Source of the DNA: Elusimicrobiota bacterium | GTDB lineage: Bacteria > Elusimicrobiota > Elusimicrobia > UBA1565 | DNA: 34,266 bases | Assembly: GCA_043819795.1 (NCBI GenBank) | Contig: JBDREN010000214.1 | Span: forward strand, 1-34,266 | Reading direction: 5' to 3' | Notes under the pieces: generated by a model | The model's database searches: none | The model's input: only the letters and a program-made list of their open reading frames with translations | Told to the model about the DNA's origin: nothing | In this document: positions 9,455 to 18,194 of the stretch, piece after piece | Layout: each line of letters starts with the position of its first letter | How positions within the stretch are numbered: the first letter of the stretch is position 1 | Translations under genes and position numbers: made by a program

Positions 9455-11962
9455 ATGAGCCTGTGGATCGCCGGGTTCGTAGCTCTCCATCTCTCGGCGG
9501 CGGCCGTTTCCGCTTCGACGGACCAGGCTCCGACGTCCCCCCTGCTGGACCGGTATCCCCCCGCGGAGGCTGAGTCCATCGTGCGGACGGGCGGGCTGCT
9601 CGGGTTGAGCTTTTCACCCGAGGGCGGCCTTCTGCACGCGAGCAAGGACCGCCTTTCGGGCGAGGTCGAGCGGCGGGCGCTCGAGACCAAAGCCGCCGAG
9701 CGCGTGGTCGTCTTCCTTTCGCGCCTTCCCAAGGAGGATCCCGAGATGGGCATGGCCGTCGCGTTGCGGAGCTACCTGCGGCCGCGGATGGCTCCCCGGG
9801 ACCTCGAAGACAATATGTTCCTCAATAGGGACGAGGAAGGCCGGCTGGTCCTGACCGAGATCGGCAGGAACGCCCTCGTAGACATCTTGACGGCCGCCGA
9901 CGGCCAGATGCTCGAGCCCCCTTCCGAGGAGAACGGGCTCGACGGCGGCGCGTCGGAGGATGCGGAGGCCGAGCGTCCCTTGCCCCCCGGAACGCTAGCG
10001 GCCGTCGGCTCGCGGGCGGTCGCCCGCAATGAGATCGCCCTCGAGAACCCCCGCGCGGCCTTCGACGGAGCCCGGCACGAGCTCGGCGGCTTCGATTGGT
10101 CGGCGCTCGGCGCCGCTGTTTGGGCGCCCGGCGGGGGCGTCGTCGCCCGGGACGGCAGGTTCCCCCGGCCGGTCGCTCCGAGCGGCTCGAAGGGGCTCGC
10201 GGCTCCGGCCGAGCTCGCGGGCTACGCGGTGGACGAGGATGCCGGGACCGTCCGAGTGCTCATCGCCACGGACCGCGAGGTGAGCGAGGATCATTTCAAG
10301 GTGAAAGACCCGGACGCGGTCAAGAGCGAGATTTACGAGCAGGCGGGCCTGAGCGAGGGCCTGCTGGAGCGACACGGCGCCCGGGTGGTCCGCGCGGTCG
10401 ACAACATCGTGACCGTCGACGTGCCCCTGCCGTCGGCGGCGGCTCTCGGCCTGGCGCTCGAGAGGCGGGGCGTCGAGAGCCGGCCGGCCCGCGTATTCAA
10501 GGCCGCTAGAGGCGCTTTCGCCTCTCCGGTCACGGCCATGCTCGGCGGACAGTTCCTTCCTCTGCCGACGGCCGACACTGTGCGCGACGCCGCCTACGAC
10601 GCGCGCCTGGGCGGCCTCGAGGTCCGGCCCCAGCTGGTGGAGAGCCGCGTCCGGCTGGAGGCCGAGAGGCTCCGGGCGGCCGGCATGCGCGGCGCGGGGA
10701 CCATGGTCGGCATCATCGATTCGGGCATCGATCTGCAGCATCCGGACTTCAAGGACGAGCAGGGGCGCAGCCGCATCGCCGCAGCGATGGATTTCACGAA
10801 CGAGGGAGACGACGACGTCATCGGCCACGGCACCCACGTCGGCGGCACGATCGGCGGCAGCGGCGCGGCCTCCGACGGCCAGTACCGCGGCTTCGCCGAC
10901 CAGGCGCGGTTCAAGGTGGCGAAGGTGTTCGGCGAGAAGGGCGAGACCGATGAGAGCGTCATCCTGGCGGCCATGAAGTGGATGGCGTCCGGCGACAAGC
11001 CCGAGGATAAGGTGGACGTCATCAACATGAGCCTCGGCGGCCCGGGCGTGCCGAACAAGGACCCGCTGAGCTCGATGGCCAACCGCCTCACGGTCGAGGA
11101 CAACATCCTCGTGGTGGCCGCCGCCGGCAACGACGGGCCGTGGCCCCGGTCGGTGAGCTCTCCCGGAAACGCCCGATACGCCCTGACGGTCGGCGGCGTG
11201 AACAAGGACGGCGATATCCCGTTCTTCTCCTCGCGCGGCCCGATCGCGGGCACCGAAGGCAATGAGCTCTACTCCAAGCCCGACGTTCTGGCCGTCTCGG
11301 GCGACGTCGATTTCGCGTTGTACGAGGAGCTGGTCATCAAGGAGGCGGGGATCGTTTTTTCCGACAAGGAGGGGCAGGGCGGCGTCGCTCCGGAAAGCGG
11401 GCAGGCCGGGCCGGACGGCGAGAAGTGCATCTACGCTCCCGGCGTCATCGCTCCCCGCAGCAGCAAGGACCCCGACAAGGTCTGTATTCTGAAGGGCAAT
11501 CCGGCCTACCGGTACATGTCGGGGACTTCGATGGCCACGCCGATGGTCGCCGGCATGTCCTCGGACGTCATCGGCTACCTCAAGGCCAACGGCGCGGACT
11601 ACGACGCATTCCAGGTCAAGGCGCTCCTCATGGAGACGGCGCAGGACATAGGGAAGGTCAAGGAGGAGCAGGGCGCGGGGCTCGTCAGCGGCGGGCGCCT
11701 CGTCCAGGCCGTCGTCGACCGGGTGCGGCGCGGGATTCCCGTCGGAAACATCGCGTTCGCCCTGGCGATGCGCATGACGTCCAAGGACCTGGAGCAGATC
11801 CAGCACCAGACGCGCTACCAGATGACCGAGCTCGGCCTGCTCGACACCCACACCGGGCACCTAGTCAACAAGGAAGAGGATATCCAAGCGGCGATCGACG
11901 CCATCCGGAGGGCGCGGCCTCCCCTGGTCGTCCGCCGAGAGACCCCCCTAGAGGCGGTCTAG
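9455..11962 (+). CDS. Secreted S8 (subtilisin-like) serine peptidase with long N-terminal region
   Basis: Triad IIDSG / HGTHVGG / GTSMATP and oxyanion AAGN; AGGAG RBS before ATG 9455; signal peptide MSLWIAGFVALHLSAAAVSA. Confidence 0.92.
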   Translation: MSLWIAGFVALHLSAAAVSASTDQAPTSPLLDRYPPAEAESIVRTGGLLGLSFSPEGGLLHASKDRLSGEVERRALETKAAERVVVFLSRLPKEDPEMGMAVALRSYLRPRMAPRDLEDNMFLNRDEEGRLVLTEIGRNALVDILTAADGQMLEPPSEENGLDGGASEDAEAERPLPPGTLAAVGSRAVARNEIALENPRAAFDGARHELGGFDWSALGAAVWAPGGGVVARDGRFPRPVAPSGSKGLAAPAELAGYAVDEDAGTVRVLIATDREVSEDHFKVKDPDAVKSEIYEQAGLSEGLLERHGARVVRAVDNIVTVDVPLPSAAALGLALERRGVESRPARVFKAARGAFASPVTAMLGGQFLPLPTADTVRDAAYDARLGGLEVRPQLVESRVRLEAERLRAAGMRGAGTMVGIIDSGIDLQHPDFKDEQGRSRIAAAMDFTNEGDDDVIGHGTHVGGTIGGSGAASDGQYRGFADQARFKVAKVFGEKGETDESVILAAMKWMASGDKPEDKVDVINMSLGGPGVPNKDPLSSMANRLTVEDNILVVAAAGNDGPWPRSVSSPGNARYALTVGGVNKDGDIPFFSSRGPIAGTEGNELYSKPDVLAVSGDVDFALYEELVIKEAGIVFSDKEGQGGVAPESGQAGPDGEKCIYAPGVIAPRSSKDPDKVCILKGNPAYRYMSGTSMATPMVAGMSSDVIGYLKANGADYDAFQVKALLMETAQDIGKVKEEQGAGLVSGGRLVQAVVDRVRRGIPVGNIAFALAMRMTSKDLEQIQHQTRYQMTELGLLDTHTGHLVNKEEDIQAAIDAIRRARPPLVVRRETPLEAV

Positions 11963-11968
11963 TAACGG

Positions 11969-11990
11969 GCGCGGCGGCTGCCCGCCGCGC
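11969..11990. terminator. Hairpin between convergent genes
   Basis: GCGCGGCGG-CTGC-CCGCCGCGC, a perfect 9-bp stem; no good U-tract. Confidence 0.4.
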
Positions 11991-12037
11991 GATCCCTTAG
12001 AGATTCTTGATGTTCGGGCGTTGCGCGCGTGCCCCAA

Positions 12038-13288
12038 CTAGTCCGCGCGGGCGCCGGGACGTCCGCCTTCCGGCGGCGTCCCCCTCAGGAAGCGGAAGGC
12101 GTCCTCCCTGCCGCAGGCGCTCTCCTCGCAGAGCCGAGCCCATTCGTGAGCCCCCGCGAAGTCCGGCAGCTCCAGGACGCGGTGGTAGTCCGCGACCGCC
12201 CGGGCGCGTTCGGTCAGGATGTCGTGGGCGAGGGCGCGGTAGAGGTGGAGCAGGGTCGTCCAGCCCGCGGGCGGCTGATCGGGCGGGTTCGCGAGGGCGT
12301 CCGTCAGCCACGTCGACGCGCCACGGATATGGCTGTCCTCCAGGCAGTCGGGGCCGTAGACCCCGCAGACCGTGGCCAGCTGCTTGCGGCGCAGGACCGC
12401 CGGGTCCCGCCCCATGTCCGTGAAGAGCTCCAGGGCGAGCCGGCGGGACTCAACGCCGTCGCCGGTGCGGTTGAGCAGGGCTATCTCGATGAACCGGTAA
12501 TAGGGGCTCGCGGGGAAGTTCCTGCGCAGGTCGCGGACGAGCGTCACCGCGCTCGCATAGTCCCTCTCGTAGAGCAGGTAGAGCGACAGAAGGAACGCCG
12601 CGGCCTGCCGGGAGGCGAAGCGTCCCTTGTCGATCCCCAGCCGGATGCGGCGCAGGCCCCGTGAAGCGTCGCCGGTGCCGCGCAAGAGCAGCCGCGCTGC
12701 GAACTTCAGGACGCCCGGGAGGACCGCGACCTGGTAGTCGAACAAACCGAGGCCCAGGTAGGCGTCGTAGTACCCGGGGTCGTGCTTGAGGCATTTCTTC
12801 AGGTACTTTATGGCCTTCTTTCCGTCGCGATAGGCCGAGATCAGGCGGCGGTCGGCGACTTTCCATTGCCCTCGCAGCCCTAGGACCATCCCGGCGGCGA
12901 AATAGCCGTCGGCGCGTTGAGCCTTGTCCTCGGACTGCATCAGCCGCTTCGCCGTATTCACCGTCCTGAGCACGTGCTTGTCGAAGATGTCCTCGAGGTC
13001 GGGCCTCCCTTCGCGCGTGAGCGATTCGGTCGTGAACTCCCACCATACGGATCCGGCCACGAAGAGGTGGCCGAAGGGGTTCTCCGGGTTCTCGCGGATG
13101 AACTGAAGAGCGAGGTCGCGCGTGCGGACGTATTCGAGGTCGTAGAGGGACACCAGGGCCCGCTTCAGCAGGGGGGCGCCGGACGCCTGCCGGAGGTCCC
13201 CGCCGGCCTCGGCGGTACCCGGGAGCGCGGCCAGGGCCAGGGCGCATGCCCAGGCCGTCAGACGCCTGTTAGGGGGGCAGCCGGTCAT
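12038..13288 (-). CDS. Exported TPR-like all-helical protein
   Basis: Signal peptide ending in AEA; TPR-like segments (CLKHDPGYYDAYLGLGLFDY; AVADYHRVLELP); 21 nt downstream of LOG. Confidence 0.75.
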   Translation of the reverse strand: MTGCPPNRRLTAWACALALAALPGTAEAGGDLRQASGAPLLKRALVSLYDLEYVRTRDLALQFIRENPENPFGHLFVAGSVWWEFTTESLTREGRPDLEDIFDKHVLRTVNTAKRLMQSEDKAQRADGYFAAGMVLGLRGQWKVADRRLISAYRDGKKAIKYLKKCLKHDPGYYDAYLGLGLFDYQVAVLPGVLKFAARLLLRGTGDASRGLRRIRLGIDKGRFASRQAAAFLLSLYLLYERDYASAVTLVRDLRRNFPASPYYRFIEIALLNRTGDGVESRRLALELFTDMGRDPAVLRRKQLATVCGVYGPDCLEDSHIRGASTWLTDALANPPDQPPAGWTTLLHLYRALAHDILTERARAVADYHRVLELPDFAGAHEWARLCEESACGREDAFRFLRGTPPEGGRPGARAD

Positions 13289-13309
13289 CTCGGGATCGCT
13301 CCGCCCGGA

Positions 13310-14236
13310 TCAGCCGGTCGGGGGCTGCTCGTCCAGATGCCCGGAGATGATACTCCGGCGTTTGCGCGCCCACAGGCCGCCCCGGCGCTCCCAGTAGCGC
13401 CGGATCACATCCCAGGCCTCCTCGGCCGATTCCACGTAGCGGATCAGGTCGAGGTCCTTGTGCCCGATGACCCCCTCGCGGGCGAGGGCCTTGAAGCTGA
13501 CCACCCTCGTCCAGTACTCCTTGCCGAACAGCAGGATGGGGAAGGCATGTTTCTTCTTGGTCTGGACGAGCGTCAGCGTCTCGAAGAGCTCATCGAACGT
13601 CCCGAAACCGCCGGGGAAGGCGACCATCGCCTTGGCGCGCATGAGGAAGTGCATCTTGCGCATCGCGAAGTAGTGGAACCGGAAGCTGAGCTCCGGGGTT
13701 ATGTAGGGGTTGGGCACCTGCTCGTGCGGCAGCGTGATGTTGAGGCCGGCGCTCTTGCCGCCGGCTTCCCAGGCGCCGCGATTGGCGGCTTCCATGATGC
13801 CGGGACCGCCTCCGGTCACGATTACGAAGTCCCGTTTCTTGTCGGCCTGGGAGGCGCGCGTCACGATCGACGCGAACTTGCGCGCCTCGGTGTAGTAGCG
13901 CGAGCGGGCGAGAAGCCGCTGGGCGGAGGCGAGCTTCGCCTGAAGATCCTTGTCCCGCGGAGACGACTTCAGGCGTCTTCGCAGAGCGACGACGTTCTCC
14001 AGGGCCTCCTCGGGGGCCTTGATCCGGGCGCTGCCGAAGACGACGATCGTCGAGCGGATGTCGAGCTCGGTGAGCTCCATCTCCGGCCTGAGGATCTCGA
14101 GGTGCATCCGGATCGGGCGCAGCTCCTCCCGTTCCATGAAGCCCGGGTCCTTGTGGGCCCTGCGGTAGGTCGGCGAATCTTGGATCGCGCGCAGCAGCTT
14201 CCGGCGCGTGCCGTGGGTGATGCGTCTCTTCTTCAT
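13310..14236 (-). CDS. LOG family (TIGR00730-like) nucleotide phosphoribohydrolase
   Basis: VFGSAR, TGGGPGIMEAANRGA, LPHEQ.PNPY, YFAMRK and the PGGFGTFDE signature. Confidence 0.92.
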   Translation of the reverse strand: MKKRRITHGTRRKLLRAIQDSPTYRRAHKDPGFMEREELRPIRMHLEILRPEMELTELDIRSTIVVFGSARIKAPEEALENVVALRRRLKSSPRDKDLQAKLASAQRLLARSRYYTEARKFASIVTRASQADKKRDFVIVTGGGPGIMEAANRGAWEAGGKSAGLNITLPHEQVPNPYITPELSFRFHYFAMRKMHFLMRAKAMVAFPGGFGTFDELFETLTLVQTKKKHAFPILLFGKEYWTRVVSFKALAREGVIGHKDLDLIRYVESAEEAWDVIRRYWERRGGLWARKRRSIISGHLDEQPPTG

Positions 14237-14249
14237 TGCGTCTGTCCTC

Positions 14250-15509
14250 TCATTTGATGAATATGAGGCTCAGCTGCGGGACGTAGGTCACCAGCAGCAG
14301 CATGGCGATGTGGATGAGCCAGAATACGAAGGTCGAGCGGTAGAGCTTGAGCAGCGGCTGATCGAACCGGCGGTTCGATAAAAAGAGGTTGAGGCCCAGC
14401 GGCGGCGTCATGTAGCCGATCTCGAGGTTCAGAAGGAATATGATCCCCAGATGGACGGGGTCGATGCCGTACTGGGCGGCGATCGGGATGATGATCGGGA
14501 CGACGATGATGATCGCCGAGAAGATCTCGACCATGTTGATGATGAGGAGCATGATGTTAAGGACGATGAGGAACACGGTCTTCGATTCGACGAACTGGTG
14601 GAGCGCGACGAATATCCGCTCGGGGATCTCGGCGTCGATCATGTAGTTCGTCAGTCCGAGAGCCGTCCCGAGCACGATGAGGATCGCTCCCACGAGCATC
14701 ATGCTCTGCGAGACCACTCGCGGGAGGTCGGACGGCCGCACGTCCCGGTAGATCATCACCTCGACGACGAGCGCGTAGAAGGCCATCACGGCGGCGGCGT
14801 CGGTGGCCGTGAAGAGCCCCCCGTATATGCCCCCGATGACGACGAAGGGGAGGGGTATCTCCCAGGCCGCGGCCCGCGCCGCCGAGAGCACGGCCTCCCA
14901 GGAGAACGGGATGCGCTCGAGGCCCGAGCGCCAGCCGACGACCATGCTGTAGGCCGAGAGGATCGCGACGAGGAGCAGCCCGGGGAGGGCCCCGGCGATA
15001 AAGAGCTTGTCGATTGAGACCTTCGCGACGAGCCCGTAGAGGATGATCGGCAAAGACGGCGGGAACAGGAGCCCCAGGCTGCCGGTGCAGGTTATCAGGC
15101 CGAGCGAGAAGCGTTCGGAGTACTTCTGCTGGCGCAGCATCGGATACAGGAGCCCTCCGAGGGCGATGATCGTCACCCCCGAGGCTCCGGTGAAGGCCGT
15201 GAATATGGCGCAGCTCATCAGGCCCACCACGGCCAGCCCCCCGGGCATCCAGCCGAAGAGGGACTGGGCCAGGGCGAGCAGGCGTTGGGGCGCCTTCGAC
15301 TCGGCGAGGATGAACCCCGCGAAGGTGAACAGCGGGATCGCGATGATGGCCGGAAGGCTCGCGAGCCGGAACAGCTCGATGATGACGGCCGAGAGGTCTA
15401 TCCCGGCGAGGTGGAACAGAAACAGCCCGAGCGCGCCCAGCAGCGCGAAGACCGGCGTCCCGAGGGCCGCCAGCGCGACGACCAGGACAGTGACGAGAAG
15501 CGCGGTCAT
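14250..15509 (-). CDS. dctM: TRAP transporter large permease
   Basis: Highly hydrophobic; AIPLFTFAG, GSLGLLFPPS, GIDPVHLG, TPPLGLNLF. Confidence 0.95.
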   Translation of the reverse strand: MTALLVTVLVVALAALGTPVFALLGALGLFLFHLAGIDLSAVIIELFRLASLPAIIAIPLFTFAGFILAESKAPQRLLALAQSLFGWMPGGLAVVGLMSCAIFTAFTGASGVTIIALGGLLYPMLRQQKYSERFSLGLITCTGSLGLLFPPSLPIILYGLVAKVSIDKLFIAGALPGLLLVAILSAYSMVVGWRSGLERIPFSWEAVLSAARAAAWEIPLPFVVIGGIYGGLFTATDAAAVMAFYALVVEVMIYRDVRPSDLPRVVSQSMMLVGAILIVLGTALGLTNYMIDAEIPERIFVALHQFVESKTVFLIVLNIMLLIINMVEIFSAIIIVVPIIIPIAAQYGIDPVHLGIIFLLNLEIGYMTPPLGLNLFLSNRRFDQPLLKLYRSTFVFWLIHIAMLLLVTYVPQLSLIFIK

Positions 15510-16033
15510 GAGTGATCGTCCGCGGGGCTCCCCCCGTCGGGACCTCTCAGCTCGAGGGCGGCGCAGGCGGCCTTGACGGCGTAGTGGACGAGCAGCAGCA
15601 GGAAGCCGGCCGGCAGGATGACCTCGAAGACCCAGCTGGGGACGTGGAGCCCGCCCACCGAGAACAGGACGGCCCCGGCCCCGAACTCGTCGCGCAAGAA
15701 GGTCCAGGAGGCCGAAGCCAGGAAGCCGCAGACGAGCGCCGTGAAGGCGTGACAGAGCAGTTGGACGCCGGAGCGGAGCCGGCCGCTCAATAGGCGCGTC
15801 GCGGCGTCCATGGCGAACTGCTTGTCCCCGCTGGCCGCGAGCGCGGCGCCGAGGAAGCCGACCCAGAGCACGAGATGGCGCAGGAAGGTGTCGGCCCAGA
15901 GCAGGCCCGATGAGAACAGCCCGCGCAGGACGACCTGCAGGAAGCTGAGGACCACCATGACCACGATGAAGGCGATCAGCAGCGCCTTCTCGGCGCCCAT
16001 CAGCCAGCGTTCGAGGGTCTTGAGGGTCCTCAC
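15506..16033 (-). CDS. dctQ: TRAP transporter small permease
   Basis: Four TM segments; LQVVLR, LWVGFLGA; likely GTG start at 16033, 7 nt after the dctP stop. Confidence 0.88.
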   Translation of the reverse strand: MRTLKTLERWLMGAEKALLIAFIVVMVVLSFLQVVLRGLFSSGLLWADTFLRHLVLWVGFLGAALAASGDKQFAMDAATRLLSGRLRSGVQLLCHAFTALVCGFLASASWTFLRDEFGAGAVLFSVGGLHVPSWVFEVILPAGFLLLLVHYAVKAACAALELRGPDGGSPADDHS

Positions 16034-16040
16034 CGCGGAG

Positions 16041-17090
16041 CTACTGCTTCTTGCTGGAGTCGGAGCGCTTCCGGCGGAAGGACTCCAGCGACTTCTCAAC
16101 GCGGTCGAGGAGCTCCTCGGAGTAGAGCCGGCCGACGAGCAAGCGTCGGGCCTTGCGCCCGGCGTCTTCGTAGGCGAGCGCCTGCTTCTCGGAGGCCGGC
16201 CGCGTGAGCTTCAGGCCCTCCTTCTCGAGGGTCTTCATCGCCTTCCGGTTCTCCTCGCGGGTCAGCTGGCTGAGCCGGCGCAGGTGGCGGCGGGAGACCT
16301 CGACGAGGACCTCCTGATGCTCCTCGGAGAGCCGGTCGTATCTGCTCTTGGAGATCAGGGCGGCGCCCGCGGCGTTCGCGAAGGGCACGGAGTACACGTA
16401 CTTGGTCTTCTCATGCCACTGGAGGGCGATCGCGTAGAGCGGGGCCGAGTAGACGGCGTCGATGAGGCCCGTCTGCAGCGAGGTGTTGACGTCGGTGATG
16501 GAGAGCGGGATCGGGTGGAGGCCCAGGACCTGGCACGCCGCCTCGGCGATGGGGTCGCCTTCCCATATCCAGAGCTTGAGGCCCTTCATGTCCTCCGCCG
16601 ATGTGACCGGGGAGTTCGAGAAGACGTGCACGAATCCCACCTCGCTCCAGCCGAGCAGGACGTAGCCCTTCTCCTCGAAGGCCTTCTCGAAGTCGCCGGC
16701 GAACTTCTCGTAGATATGGTCGACCTCCTCGTGGCTCCGGAACAGCCACGGCGCGTCGAGGATGCGCACCTCGGGCGCGATCTCCCCGAGGCCGACGCCG
16801 GTGAATCCGCCCGCGTGCAGCTGGCCGACGCGGATCTTGCGCACCATGTCCTTCTCGTCGCCCTGGCGGCCCCCGGTGTAGAACTTGAACCGGACCTCGC
16901 CTCCGGTCTTCTCCCGGACCTCTTCGTCGATGGCCCGCATGACCTTCATGGCTTCGGTCCCGTCGGGAGCCAGCGTGGCGAACTTGATGCGCGCGGCCTG
17001 GGCCGGCGCGCAGAGAAGCGAGACGGCCGCGACCAGGGCCGGGACCGGCAGGCGGCTCCGGCAAGGAGAATGCTCTCTAGAATAGGTCAT
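16041..17090 (-). CDS. dctP: TRAP substrate-binding protein (TatP_T type)
   Basis: Signal peptide ending in AQA; KFATLAPDGT, GGRQGDE, LQTGLIDA; W in place of the usual Arg in GLK.R. Confidence 0.93.
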   Translation of the reverse strand: MTYSREHSPCRSRLPVPALVAAVSLLCAPAQAARIKFATLAPDGTEAMKVMRAIDEEVREKTGGEVRFKFYTGGRQGDEKDMVRKIRVGQLHAGGFTGVGLGEIAPEVRILDAPWLFRSHEEVDHIYEKFAGDFEKAFEEKGYVLLGWSEVGFVHVFSNSPVTSAEDMKGLKLWIWEGDPIAEAACQVLGLHPIPLSITDVNTSLQTGLIDAVYSAPLYAIALQWHEKTKYVYSVPFANAAGAALISKSRYDRLSEEHQEVLVEVSRRHLRRLSQLTREENRKAMKTLEKEGLKLTRPASEKQALAYEDAGRKARRLLVGRLYSEELLDRVEKSLESFRRKRSDSSKKQ

Positions 17091-17955
17091 CGATCTGCTC
17101 CATGAGATTCTTGGATTTAATCTTGGCCACCTCGTCGGCGAGGCGGGCGGCCGGCAGGCCCCCCGCGGGAGCCTCCTGGATCTCGTCGTAGAGGTTGCGG
17201 AAGAGCGCGTCGTCGAGCACGGCCACCGCGTAGTACTTCATGGCGAGCAGCTGGGCCGTAAGGAAGCGACGTCCGGTCCGGGCGAGGGCCGCGTCGAGGT
17301 GGGCTTTCGCCTTGTCGGGGTCGCCGCCCGCCAGGCGCGGGCGCGCCGCGTAGTAGACGCCGAAGAAAAGGTCCGGTCCGCCGAACTGGTAGCCGGGCTC
17401 CAACTCCAGGACCCGCCGCATGAGCCGCACCGCCTTCGGCACGGCGGCGAGGGCCTCCGCGTCGTTCTTCGCCATGTTGGCCCAGCCGGCCCAGGCCGTG
17501 GCGGTCCAGTAGAGGCCGGGAACGTCCTTGCGGCCCGCCGAACGCAGGGCCCGCGACATGTCGTCGGGCTGCATGCGGTCCAGCCCCGCGAGCCGTTTGT
17601 TGCGCGCGAGGAGCCTGAGGCCGTAGCCGGCCGCGCGCTTGTAGAACTCCCGGGCGCGGTCGGGGTATTCGTCCTCCAGAAAGAGGAACGCGTACCCGGC
17701 GAAACCTTCGGCCAGGGCCTTCAGCAGCCTCCGGTTGCGGGGGCCGTTCTGCAGCAGGGCTTCGAGGAGCTTGAGCTGGCCGGGCATGGTCTCGCGGGCG
17801 AGAACCGGGTCCGGCTCCTCATAGAAAGCCGTGGCCCCGCGGTCGAGAAGATGGGCCGTCGTCCGCAAGGCCGTCGTCCGCAGGCTGCACCCGCCGACGG
17901 CCGCCGCAAGCAGGAGGACGGGAAGAAGCCGCCGGAACCCGACGTAGGCGTTCAT
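17077..17955 (-). CDS. tatT: TRAP-associated TatT component (TPAT lipoprotein, cryptic TPR)
   Basis: 292 aa from ATG 17955; lipobox VGG-C; EPDPVLARE..P..LKLLE, GYAFLF, GG.D.AKAH; located directly upstream of dctP. Confidence 0.85.
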   Translation of the reverse strand: MNAYVGFRRLLPVLLLAAAVGGCSLRTTALRTTAHLLDRGATAFYEEPDPVLARETMPGQLKLLEALLQNGPRNRRLLKALAEGFAGYAFLFLEDEYPDRAREFYKRAAGYGLRLLARNKRLAGLDRMQPDDMSRALRSAGRKDVPGLYWTATAWAGWANMAKNDAEALAAVPKAVRLMRRVLELEPGYQFGGPDLFFGVYYAARPRLAGGDPDKAKAHLDAALARTGRRFLTAQLLAMKYYAVAVLDDALFRNLYDEIQEAPAGGLPAARLADEVAKIKSKNLMEQIDDLF

Positions 17956-17963
17956 ATTAGGGG

Positions 17964-17972
17964 ATTCTAGCA
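17964..17972 (-). promoter_or_regulatory. Extended -10 element (TGCTAGAAT) for the TPAT operon
   Basis: Lies 8 nt upstream of ATG 17955 with no Shine-Dalgarno. Confidence 0.5.
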
Positions 17973-17991
17973 AACCCGAATCCTGTTTCGC

Positions 17992-18075
17992 AGGCCTCCC
18001 CCGCGGGGAGGCCTTGCGCTTTGTCGAGGGGGCCAAGAGCTCCCTCTCCCTGCGGGAGAGGGTTGGGGTGTGGGG
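17992..18075. repeat. REP/BoxC-like palindromic intergenic element
   Basis: Hairpins AGGCCTCCCC/GGGGAGGCCT (17992-18014) and CCCTCTCCC-N3-GGGAGAGGG (18042-18062) followed by TTGGGGTG; resembles a widespread short palindromic repeat; only one copy in this window. Confidence 0.55.
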
Positions 18076-18157
18076 GCGGACTTCCTCTATAACCCAGAGG
18101 ATCAAGCGCCGGTCGGCCGCTTCGCGCGACCGGCGCTGACAGACCTGCGCTTACATC

Positions 18158-18186
18158 TTGCATTCCTCGGGTTCTCATGGTAAATT
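18158..18186 (+). promoter_or_regulatory. sigma70-type promoter
   Basis: TTGCAT-N17-TAAATT with extended TGn; 8 nt upstream of ATG 18195. Confidence 0.5.
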
Positions 18187-18194
18187 TATGCAGG

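Noticed and set aside
17956..18105. N-terminal 50-aa extension of tatT in the ORF track
   Set aside because: It runs through the palindromic repeat and promoter; the lipoprotein signal begins at ATG 17955.
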